A program made the position numbers and the translations under genes. A stretch of DNA of 64,000 bases from contig CT868056.1 in assembly GCA_000165425.1 (NCBI GenBank), positions 62,001 through 126,000 on the forward strand, in the 5' to 3' direction. Positions 25,701 to 38,100 of the stretch are shown in pieces. Under the pieces are notes generated by a model, which ran no database searches, was not told the origin of the DNA, and worked only from the letters and a program-made list of their open reading frames with translations. Position 1 is the first letter of the stretch, and each line of letters opens with the position of its first letter. Source of the DNA: Paramecium tetraurelia. Lineage: Eukaryota.

Positions 25701-28700
25701 CAGCCATCGTCATCTTAAACTTCTTTGAATTGACGATGAGTGATTATATGACTACGTTGAGTGAATAGAATTTGAGATTAATCAGAGGAACTAAGTGTTT
25801 ATTATTTTATAGATGTCTCAAATACAACAAGATGGCAATTACAATTGGACATATTGCTTCAATGACATTTGATTAGTACATCTATTTGGCATTTCTAATG
25901 TTTCTAGTCATATTTATGTATGCTCTAATAGGAATGGAGATGTTCGTAGGATAGTTTGATTAATAAGATTCACTAGGACAATTGCATTCGTATGAGAACA
26001 TTTTCAAATCGTTTATGACTATTTTCAATATCATGACAAATGATGACTGGTATGGAGTTTATGTAATTGGCAGTGATGTAGATCACACCTTCTCTATTAT
26101 CTACTCTTTTTCTCTAGTTTTAATTTTGAATTATTTGACTTATGGTTTAGTTATGGCAGTATTGTTAGATGGTTTCGGAAAGTATTTAGATTAACCAATA
26201 GAAGAAATTCAGAATGAAATAAAAAAAAATATTAATGAATAATTATAGCACATTACTTAGAATTCAGATGAAATATAGATGAATTTGGTTGAAACAATTG
26301 AAGAAATTATAGTGTCTAATAAAAACATCTCCCAAGAAGATCCTGGTAAATCTAAGCCCAATTTAATATATAATCTTTTAAAATCCATAAGTAACCTATT
26401 TAAAATATAACTTAGAATAAATAAACAAGAAATTGTTGTCGAAAACTCCAAAATTATATGAAGGCATTGAATGCGAACAGTCTCTGTATTTGTTTGATAA
26501 AGATAATCCATTTCGAATTGTATGCACTCATTTAACCAGTTCATAAATATATGTCTATTTGATGGACATTGTCACGTATTTGTCCATTATTGCTTTCATT
26601 CTCAAAACCTATAACGATTTTGAGAAAGATAGTGAATCATATCCAGACACTATTTAATTCTCTTGCAACATCATCCAATTGGCTGATACAATTTTTAATG
26701 TAATTTCTAAAGGGTTATATATGGATAATGGGTCGTATTTAGTGTCAACATTTTAAGTTCTTGATTTCATTTATTAAGTGTCAAACATCATAGCATTTGG
26801 CAGCAACCCGGATGATTTCAAACCCATTTTAAAGATCTTGCTTTATTTAGGTTATTTTAGACCAATGAAATTAATGTATAGACTAAGTTGGTTGACCAAT
26901 TTGAGAGAAGCCATAGGGAGATCTCTCTTTGATATTTTTAATGTGCTCATTACTTTACTCTCTGTATGGATGATATTCGGAGTGTATGGGATAATTTTGT
27001 ATGAATAATAATTTGGGTATTGTGAGGATAAGATGCAATTTGAAGTAAACAAAGAGACATGTTTAAGTGAAGGTAGGATTTGGGTGAATTACAAACATAA
27101 CTTCGATAACATTACAATAGCTGTTCCAACTCTATTTGTGACAGCAACTTTGGATGGATGGGGTGAAATATATTAGGTTGCTGAGAACAGTTAATTTGCT
27201 GAAATAGGTCCATAAGGATTTAATTCCTATATTGTAACCTACATTTTCTTTTTGATTTTCGTATTTATAGGGTCTATGTTCTTCCTAAGTCTATTTACAG
27301 GAGTGTTGTATACAAATTTGAAGAAGAATCAGTAAGAGATCGAGAATACCGAAGTGACACAATCTCAAAAAGAGTTCAAAGAGATCTCAAACATGTTGAT
27401 AAATGACTTTCCTACTTTCTCCACTCCTCCTACTAGTGGCATCAGAAAGATTGCTTCAGATATCACTAATAGCATGACAATCTAGAAATTTCTGTTCTTC
27501 TTATTGTGGGTAGACTTTGTAATTTTACTGATGTTTACATCCACAATGACAGACGAATATTTCAGAACCATCAATAATATCCATAATGGATTGAGTGTGA
27601 CTTATTTCATTTGGGTTTCGTTATTGTTCCTGGCTTTGGGTGTAAATAGATACTTTGATAATTCATGGAGAAGGTTCTATTTTTTTCTGATTGTCATAGC
27701 AGCAGCAGATTTGATTGCTGATTATTCTGTTGATTGGGTAATGATTTACTATAAATCGAATCCAAATAATGAGGGTTACTAATTAATGAGATTGTTTTTC
27801 TCATTAAGAAGTCTCAGGATCATATTGATATTCCAAGGATTTATAAATCTATAAAGGTTAATCAACGTCATTTTGTTTGCATTACCATATTTGGGAAAGA
27901 TCTTTTCTATCCTAATTATTACAATGCTTGTATTTACACTATTTGGATGTCAACTCTATGGAACAATAGATGCTGGTCTAGTAATGGATGATTAATTAAA
28001 TTTCATGAATGCAGCAAGTGGAATGATGACTCTGTTTAAATGTGCCTCAGGGGATGATTGGAGAACCATTATGACTGACACTATGCACCATAACCCTTTA
28101 TGTTGGGAAGACCCTAAATATTGTGGAACATTCTACAGCTAAATCTATTTCTTTTTATTCATGTTCTTCTCGACTTATGTGTTGCTCACTCTATTTTTAT
28201 TGAGTTTGGTCGAGCAATTTGAGTCCTTCTTTTAATTGTAGAACTCACCCATACAAACCTATGTGGAGAATATTGATAAAATCAAGACAGTCTGGTGTAA
28301 ATACTCCTCAGAAACCTAAGGACAGACCATGCATTATAAATTCCTTTGTAGATTTCTATTGGATATTGGAAAACCTTTGGGAGGAGGCGAGGATGAAAAC
28401 TTATGGGATGTCGCCAAAATTGCATCCTCCTTCAAATTGAAATGGTAAAATCTCTTTAATATCTAGTGATCATTATGGATATATACAATACAATTAGTTG
28501 ATTTATGAACTATTCAGAGTTAAATTTCATGCAGAAGTATTCAAGGAAGGCACTCCAGATTCCATCAAACAGATTAAGTAGTACAACAAGGAAACTTAAC
28601 TTCGTCTCATGTACTATAGAAAGAATAAACACATCGAAAGATCCAACATCAGTTCTGCCCTTCAACTCAAGGCCAATTTCAATATTCTCCATGATTATTT

Positions 28701-29083
28701 GACAGTTCTCATCTTATTCAAGACTTGGGAGTCGTACAGCAAACTACTGATCAAGAAACTAGCCAAGAAATAAAACCAGTTCTCAGATGAGGCCATCTCT
28801 TTAGATGCTGAATAAGAACAGAAGTAAGTCTAGGTATCATTCTATTTTTAGCAACAACAGAAATCCAAATCATCTTATAGAGCAAGATGTTTTCGAAGGC
28901 TCAGGTGATGAAGAAACCGAAAATTGTCAGAGAGTCATCAAATAACACCACATTACTAATGAAAGTCATTAAAATTCCCACTTAGAACTTCCAATCTACA
29001 AGAGTTAACAACCTTTTTCAATATAGGAAGAAGACATTAAACTGATTTTGTCGCCAGAGCCTGAAAGGTTAAAAAATAATTGA
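22777..29083 (+). CDS. Four-domain voltage-gated Ca2+/Na+ channel superfamily alpha subunit
   Basis: Four 6TM repeats with pore loops TMDDW (24178), TNDDW (26036), TLDGW (27147) and SGDDW (28047). Also SLYLFDKDNPFRIVC before repeat III, HNFDNI, and a post-S6 EF-like region. TGA at 29081-29083. Confidence 0.9.
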
Positions 29084-29356
29084 TTCTTTTATTGTAAATC
29101 ATTTTATTTGAATGTTCAAGAATATTCATATATAATTGGCTCCAAATTTGGAATGCAATTGTTTATTGTTGTATTAATCACTTATTGATGTATTCGATTC
29201 ATTAATTTTTATCATATATTAAATTATTTTGAACTAATAATTATTGATTAATTAACATCATCAAATAAAAATTTAATTGAAATATAATACGTAATATCTT
29301 CAAATATATATTCGTCAATTAGAATACTAAATTTCAAAGTAAAATAAAATTAAAAC

Positions 29357-30117
29357 ATGGATAATGATTATTATGACTTTCTTGATCATTCATTCGACTA
29401 CAAACCGAAGAAGAGAGGACAGAGGGGTTAGAAAAATCAAATTTTAATTTAGCATTGACTGATCAAGAGATCATAGTTAGAGAAAGAATGAAGCTCGTAA
29501 AAAATAGAGAATCTGCAAAAAATAGTAGGAAAAGAAAAAAGATGTACGTCGACCTCTTGGAAAACAAAGTATATTCCTCTCTAAATCCAAGGTGGCTGGC
29601 TTAAATCAATAGTTACAAGAATATAAAGAACTCTAGGAACAAAGTTAGGTTCTCCTTAGAAATACACAAATCCAGTTATTATTTGGAAAATCATAATAAA
29701 AATCCGATTAATTAAACCATTACTTTCAAGAAATATATGAGTAATCCATCCCTAAAATTGCCCTACATTTTAAACAAGAAAAACACAATCCAGAACTAGA
29801 TCTATGCTTTTCAAATTTCTATAAATGCTTCGGTGATATGAATAGTATCAAGGAAGAAATGACTCAAGAAATGTAAAAAATGGAAGTCACTATGAAAACT
29901 GCAAAGGAAATTCCCGAGTTTAATAAGTTCCTGGAACATGTCTCTAAATTAGATTTCTAAAAATAATTAGATAGTTTAGAAGAAGTAATTAGTAATTGTA
30001 ATCAATTAGGAACTTGGAAATGTCATTAAAACAGATGATCTTTAATTGTCAATCAAAGACACCTATGATTTGTACAACAAATCCATGCAATTTATCAAGA
30101 AACCTAAATTAAATTGA
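29357..30117 (+). CDS. bZIP transcription factor
   Basis: Basic region and zipper RMKLVKNRESAKNSRKRKKMYVDLLENK|VAGLNQQL across tiny introns. TGA at 30115-30117. Confidence 0.85.
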
Positions 30118-31057
30118 AAATTATTTATATAACATTCTCATCATGTACTAAAACTAGATCGAATCTACCAACTTAACAATATATTTCATATATAAAAAGC
30201 TAACCTATTGTATAATAATACTCCATCCCAAGATTACACAAGAATATGGTAACTAAACATAGAAAGCTATTATATTAAGAAGTATCAGAATGTGAGAAGG
30301 ACTAAATTGAATTAAAAATTAAATTACTCTTATTTATTAGCTATTTAATAAAAATTAAACTTATTGTAAATATTTAGTTTTGTTCTTCATTCTTTTGAAT
30401 ATAATATGCATTGAAACAGAATACAACAACTGCTACAAAATATAAAAACATATTAGTATTATTACTAATAATCTACTAAAAATAGATTATATGTTAATTT
30501 TTAAGAAATTACAACAATATCAGTCCTTATGAGAGCATGGTTTTTGGATTCTTAATGAAAAATTGATATAATTAACTCAATCTTACTTAAAGGATTATAT
30601 AAAATAAATAATAATTCACGTATGTATAATGGCAGAAATTAAAAATTTTTTGCATTACATATTAAAAGTGTCTCAAAAGTAAGAAAATTAATAACTAAGG
30701 AATTCTGTTTTAGTGGTAAAATTCTTGTGCCTTATAACATATTTAATCGCATTTTAAAAAAGAGAAAATAATATATATTTAGATTTGATGTTCCTTTTTT
30801 ATTTTTCATTGAGTTAATGATTTTTTGATACTTTCAAAGAATAGCTCTTGTTTTTTAACAATAGCCCATCGATTGTGCAATTAAAAATTAAGACTGCCAT
30901 TCTTCTATTGTAATGGAGAATGTTTCTTTCTTCTTTTACACCAATTTAACACCATTTTATAAGTATGAATTTTTAAACCCAAGTTGCAATTAAAGCTCAG
31001 ATGAATGTGTATAATTATCTGCTCATTTTATGATATTTGATTCCATTAATTATTTAA

Positions 31058-34000
31058 ATGAGTACTGAGTGTTCAGTGGTATTTAATGTAACAGTTAGAA
31101 CAACACTTTCTTAAGTAGTAGGAGTGGTAGGAAATTAACCAGAATTAGGAAATTGGAATGATAAAAAGGCTTGTATTTTAAAAACAGAGCCAGCCTCATT
31201 TCCAAAATGGGTGACCGAAAACCCAATAATATTTTAAAGAGGTACTAAGAATACATTATTGAAGGAACAAAACTTGAATTCAAATTTGTGATAATGGAAA
31301 ATGGAAATACAATTTGGGAAGAATTACCATAAAATCGCAAATATAGATGTCGGTATTGGAAGGTTGTTTTGACAGCAGAATGGAATAATTATGAAGGAAG
31401 AGAATTTATAGAAAAGAGATTTAAATCTAGCGTATGCTTAAATCAAGAAGTCTTAAGCAAAGTCACAAGGGCTAGAATGAGTGATTAATTTGATCCTTTT
31501 GATTAAGCCAATGATGACTCAGAGGATTCCGTAGAAGGATTTGATAGTTTTGCTAGAGAAATAGCTGGTAAAAATGACTCAGAATCTTCGGAATCAGATA
31601 ATGAGAAAAAAAAGCCCATTGTTGAAATTAATAAAGATAGCGATTTTTAATCGTTATATTAATTATATAATGAGAATCCAAAGTTCCGATAGCTTAAGAA
31701 TTTCAATCAGAATGATATATTGTATGAAGTTAATGAAGATCCCTTAATAGGAATTAGCGATGAGGATTCCTTGCTTATTTCTACTTTTTATCTCCCTATA
31801 GTTGTGATCAAGAAGCAAGATGGCTAATATGAAAGGAGAAACTTCTAACATTCATTTAGTCTACATCTATTATTTGGAGTTCAACAATTCAAGAGAACTT
31901 GGTTTGGATTGCCTATCGTATTAAATGAGAAAGGGGAGAAAATCAATGACACAAGCGAAGAATTGAAAACCTTTTTAAAATAGCATGGATTTGTACCAAT
32001 ATTTATAGATCAGGATTGTTTGGATTACTTTAACTAAGAATTTTGTACTAAATTGTATTAGCCCATAATGAATAATGATGTGAGTATTACTAAATTGGCA
32101 GCTCTTGAGTATTCTGAGCACATGCAGGATTGCTTTAAAAAGATGAATGATTCATTCTTCTAAGAAATCAAACCCTACATAAATTAAAGTTCTATTGCGT
32201 TAATTGCAGATTATAGACTATTATATTTGAGTTAGATCTTTGTGAGTCACAAATTTACTAGATTACCTATTGTTATATTTTATAATAGACTATTCCCTCA
32301 CTTTGACAACTTAAAGCTCATTCCATTTTACTCAGACATAACCAATTCATTCCTACAAGCCAATGTTATTTGTTTTAGTAATTATGACACTGCTAATGAA
32401 TTCTTAACACTTATGAAAGACATTTATTAGATTGAATATCATTCATTCAAGGGAAATTTGGCATTTCATTACTATGGCAGAGAAATATACGTTAAATTGC
32501 AGAATCCAGGTATAGAAATAAGAGCATGTGGAGATTATAGATTTGAAGGAAAGCAAAAGAGAATTCTATAGGAGAACGAGATCAGAATTGTTGGAGTGGA
32601 TACATATGGACATCAATCAGGAGTGGAATTGAAGTTCAGACATCTGTTAAAATTTGTTAAGGAAACTGATATCATTCAAAAAAACCCTCATATCAAGTTC
32701 ATCTAAATATAACTAAAGGCCTTTGAAGACAATGATGTACAAATACAAAGAACCTAGTTAATTAATTAGATACAACAAATAAATTAATTATTGTATCCAA
32801 ATAACGAAGATTATTTTATTAAATTGATTGAAGAAGATATGGATTCCAAATAACGCTTCGAAGAGTTCAGCAAGGCCAATATGTACTTTTAATGTAGGTA
32901 CAGTGGGAGACATGATTTTTATCTCCTTGAATACATTCATCTAAATGCTATGCCCATTGCTTTAATCAGTGACTCAAGTTGCTTTCATCGAGGTTGTCAC
33001 TCCATTTCAACATTTAATGTATTTTCTCACAAGGATTTTAAAGAGAAGTTTTCAGATTTATTAGATAAGATCCTTAAAAAGACTTACTAATTCACTCAAG
33101 TTCATAAAATCTAAGTTGAAAAAGACCAATAAACAATTCGCTAAAATCAAACATCATAATGGATAGAAAATATCTTTATTGATGCTAAGAAAGCTGCCTC
33201 AATGTTAAAGTTTGCTTAGATTAGTATAAGAAATCAAGATGGGTAATAGATTAAAGTTGCTCATAATATGAAATTCTAAAATTTAGACATTCAGCAGGTT
33301 GCTAGAGTATTCCAATAGGCTGCAAAAGGTATTATACTTTTAGAATTTGAATCAATTGTAACTGATCAATATGTTATTGATTATAAACCCCATCACTTTT
33401 TTCAACAAAGTCCTCATATGAAAGGAAGCGAAGAAGTTATCGTCATCAGACAAGTGTAATAGGAAATACTATAGGCCTTAAAAGGGATATCTAAGGCTCA
33501 TAAGGTTTACATCATTTCAAGTGGGTTATACAATGAACTATAGTCAAATTTCAATGGATCAAATATCAATTTGTTTGCAGAAAATGGATTTTTGTATAGA
33601 TCAGATTCAATTTAATGGAATGCTCTCTTTAATATTGATTATTAATGCTTAACATAGGTCAAGAAAGTGTTTAATTAGTATGCCACAAAAACAGAAGGAG
33701 CTATGGTAGAAGTCAAAGAAAGTTCGATTTGTTGGCAACTCAAAAATTAAGAAGAATATGCTCAACAATTGATCCAAGATCTTGTAGATAATGTATAAAC
33801 TATTGTTGATCGCTATCCTACTTTTTAATTGATAGTGAAATCTAATTGTGTAGAAGTCTGTCCAAAGAATTTAAACAAAGGAATGATTTTAGAATTAATA
33901 ATGTAGAAGGAGAACCTTCAAAGAGGAAAGTTAGATTTTGCCTTGATTGTAGCCAGGGGTATTGAAAACGAGGATGTGTTCTCTCATTTTAAAGTAATCA

Positions 34001-34153
34001 CTCAAAGCAGAAAGTATTTTACAGAGGTACCAAATTCATTTCATTTAATAGAATGCTAACCACTTCTCAGTTTCTTAGGGTCTTGTTCCATCATATGCTA
34101 ATTATTACCTAAACTCATAATTAGATTTAATTCAACTATTAAAAGCAATGTGA
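31058..34153 (+). CDS. CBM20 + trehalose-6-phosphate synthase (GT20) + phosphatase (HAD) fusion with degenerate catalytic motifs
   Basis: CBM20 VVGNQPELGNW...FPKW...EFKF...WE. GT20-like ADYRL and IVGVD. TPP-like IISSG, LFAENG, TEGAMVEVKESSICW and VEVCPKNLNKG. TGA at 34151-34153. Confidence 0.85.
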
Positions 34154-34468
34154 ATTTCTTAAAATAGTATATTATTGTAAATTTAATTAATTATATATTT
34201 TATACATACAAATTAGTTTTAAAGTTCTTACTCTTAAGTTGTATTTATAGTTTTCAGATATCAATAAACCTTATTACTCCCTAAATTAAACAATAACATC
34301 AAGAGTTTAGATATTTATTTCAATATTTGATAATAAACACATAATAGGATTGAAATAAGAATAATATGTTTAATTTCTATGTTCAAACATATAAAAATAA
34401 CAATTTAGTTAATTCAAATAAAAGAGAATAAAATATAATAGGATTCTTGTGAATAATATTAATTCGCT

Positions 34469-34957
34469 TCATATAAAATGTTTAAGTATATTGATCGCGA
34501 TGAATGATATTACTGCCAATAGCAAATAAATCTAGCCATATTTAGCAAAATTATTGCTTGTTTTATCATTTTAATCAGAAATTCTCAAATTAGTCTCAGC
34601 TAGATCCCAAGTTAATAAAATTTGTGTGGCCTTATTTCTCCAATCTTATTGAGATAAATCGCTAGATAGATTTTATATTATGAATTCTTCAATTCTAATC
34701 TAGTCTACCCATTTTTGATTTGCTTCTCTTCTTAAAACAATCAAATATTCAGACTTATTAACAAATTAGGTAATAAATGGCCAATTTCTGTTTTACAGTT
34801 CATTTCTCTTCTCAGCATAGATATGGGGTACCTCTAAGTATGTATGAAGTGAATTATCAGGAAAGTCTGTAATTTTGACAATATTTTTCACTCTTTCTAT
34901 TCCTTATTTTCCATTATCTATATGAACAAGTCCAAGAAAAACAAAATTAGAGCTCAT
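34469..34957 (-). CDS. Hypothetical 162-aa tail-anchored membrane protein
   Basis: Intronless ciliate-code frame MSSNFVFLGLVHID... ending in the hydrophobic IYLLLAVISFIAINILKHFI-stop. Confidence 0.7.
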
Positions 34958-35113
34958 AATAAATAATTTTTATATTTAATACTTTAAATAATAACTGATT
35001 AATTAAGATTTCCTATTATATAAAATAAATATTGAATAAAAAATAAAATACATTATGATTATCATATTATAATTTTCATGTATTTTACATTATGATTACA
35101 TTATAGTTGCCAT

Positions 35114-38100
35114 TCAGTACAACATTTAATGAATTTCCTTTGCCTGACTTCTAATATTTGCAGTTAGAATCAGATCCACAGGAATAAGCACCAGAATCTA
35201 TCGTAATGACTGGATGGTTAATTGTTATTTATAGATCCATATAAAACTCAAGGTACAATATATGGCGAATAGACTCATTAATATTTAATTTCATAATTAC
35301 CTAATCCCAAATCCATAGTAATACACTTGTATCACACTGATGATACTTGAACTGATATTGGAATTGTCTTATTAAAACAAAATCAAGAATTATCTCATTG
35401 CAGTTTGGATGTCAGTAAAATATTGTAAGACAAAATTCTAAAATTATTAAGATTGTGCAGTGATCCTACACTCCTCTATATTTGGACTATATTTTAAGTT
35501 ATTTATTTCGTAATCGTATTCTTAATTGATAAACTTAACGAACGCTGCAGTAAATCCCAGAGCACCATTCACAATGATGTCTAAATATATATCTTTCCTA
35601 TTTCAAATCAAATATTAATTACTTATCATAAGCTAAGGACTGTTTTGATAAGTCACAAACTGGTAGATTATCTAACGTAGTCGATAGACATAGATCATAA
35701 TTCAAAACTCCATCGAAAATACTCTTCTGATTGTTTTCGTTAGCATTTTTCAAGATAACATCAGCGATTTCATTAATCAAGGGTAATAAATTATCCTTAT
35801 AATCTACTAACAAAGATGTTGATAAAGTTTAATTGATATAACTAAGATTATAATTCGGGATTAGAGGTTCAGTTTTTGTGAGACCTGCAATTAAAGCCAA
35901 TGAATCCATGTTGTGTCTAAATTACACAAATTTTAATGTAACAGTTAAAGAGGGTTAGAAATTATCATTATATGACATATGGATAAGATATCCAGCCATT
36001 AAAAAAGCTGACCATGTTATAGCTAATAAAAATGTTATTATAACATTTGTTCTATTCAAATAATATGTTTTCTATATTCTAGAATATAAAGCACTAGTGG
36101 CTCGGTAACTATTTTAAGTAGATTGAATCGAAATAGCCTACTTTAATTCTACTTTTTTCTATTTTTTATCCGAATATTCAAACATGACTTCTCCAAAATT
36201 AAACAGTTTCCATTTATTTGTACTCTCATTTTCCAACTGCTCTTTTATCAGAGTGAGACGATTAATTTAATCAATTGATTAATTTTCATTTATGCGAGAT
36301 ACTAAAAATAATATCGATTTAGTAATGTGATCAATAAATAGCCAATATTTCAATTAGAGTCCAATAAATAACATTACAGAAAATAACTAAACCATCATAA
36401 CTGTCAAGAAGTACGATCTCACTGAAGATTAAGTATCAATAGTATTCTACATGATAATCTAAATTAGTTGATTATGCAGATCTATGATTTGCCATAAGTT
36501 CACTCTTATTATACCTGTTGTTAGCATATCTGGGTATATGAAAGATTCGTTTCCCAAATTGTTTCTATATGAAGTTTCAGCTGTCTAATAAATTACTTGA
36601 TAAAAATCCTAAAGAGGAAGGTCTTGATATTTGATAACTCCATTTTCGATATACTTAAAGTTGAAAACTGTATTGATATTCAAGTTCTAGGCTTATTTAG
36701 GTACTTATATTGCTAAATCAATCATTTACGCTCTAGCGAAATCATACATTGAAGCCAATACATCAGTATTTCTATCACTCATAAAAGGACTTAATGAGAT
36801 TAATTTTAGGCTTTATACATATTGAATCCATTCCTGGTACATTGCAGAAGAGTAAAAGTAATTAATATCTTGGGGTTATCTCAGATTTTTAACCTATTCT
36901 GTTTAAGAAATAAGGTTAGATGATATCAATTAAACATTAATTATATCGACAGCCAAGATAGCCAAAGATATCATTGATAGAAGAAAACCTATTTTTTTGA
37001 GAGGAGTTATAAGTTAGGTGTTATAATACAGTTATTAAACTATTAATAAGGACTCCTTGGATGTTGAATTTGTAGAAGTTCTTGAGGGATTCGATGCAAA
37101 ATCCATAGCATTCTCCTTCTTTTGTAATTAAGCTATTCTTAGCTTACCCAAAATCGAATTCTTTTTTAATGTTTAACTATTCGATTCAAATTTTTCATTG
37201 ACTATTTCTTATTCATTTTCATCTAATAGTTCTAATTGTCTTTCCTTTAATCCCTAAAATAATATGATTAAGATATACTTGCATTTCATTTTCCATTTGC
37301 TCGAACTCTTAATTGCATTATTTATCTAAGAGTCTGGGTTTAATGTACAATGGTTATTAGAAAATCATTTATCTGTTGGAATCAAATATATTGGATCTTT
37401 CAGATTATTTAACTTTTAAACTCATTTCTAAGGATTTCGAATTATCTAAAAGGTTATTACTCAAATCGTCGTTATCATACTATTTTACAGCCTTCAATTG
37501 ATTCATCATTTTAATTTCTAAGATCATCCCATTTTAGGATTCAGGTATTTCCGCATTCTCATTTCTTAAGAATAAATCACTATTATTCAAATCCTAAGTT
37601 GGATATAAGCTCTATTGTTGAGTTGTTTGGGATGGAACAGTAGTGAAATGCTGATTAGAATTTTGCAATTACAAGTGCTTCATTTCTTTAATAGAAATCA
37701 TAAAATAAGCATACGTTCCTTTCTTATATTTTAGAACCTTAAATGACAAACTGTAAAACAAGCCTAATTGCATATATTATGATTAAGTATCAAATTCAAC
37801 TAGCTTTTTTACAGATTCTTAGACTTCTGGATGTAAAATCATGATTGGTGTATTATCAATGAGAATCTACTTTCTGATTTCTTAAGGAATCTCTTAATCG
37901 TCATAAATGTCCATATTAGTATTCACAGAATTCTAAGAATATCTTGAATAGGTTAAAGATTTATAAGATCTCTGATTGCCTTGAGTTTGAGTACCATTAC
38001 TTCTTCTCTTAAATTATGACAATATTAAATTGGAATTTAAAAGGCAGTCATTATGATTTGATGGAATAATCCAGTAAGATCTTAAGTTATTCATCAGATA

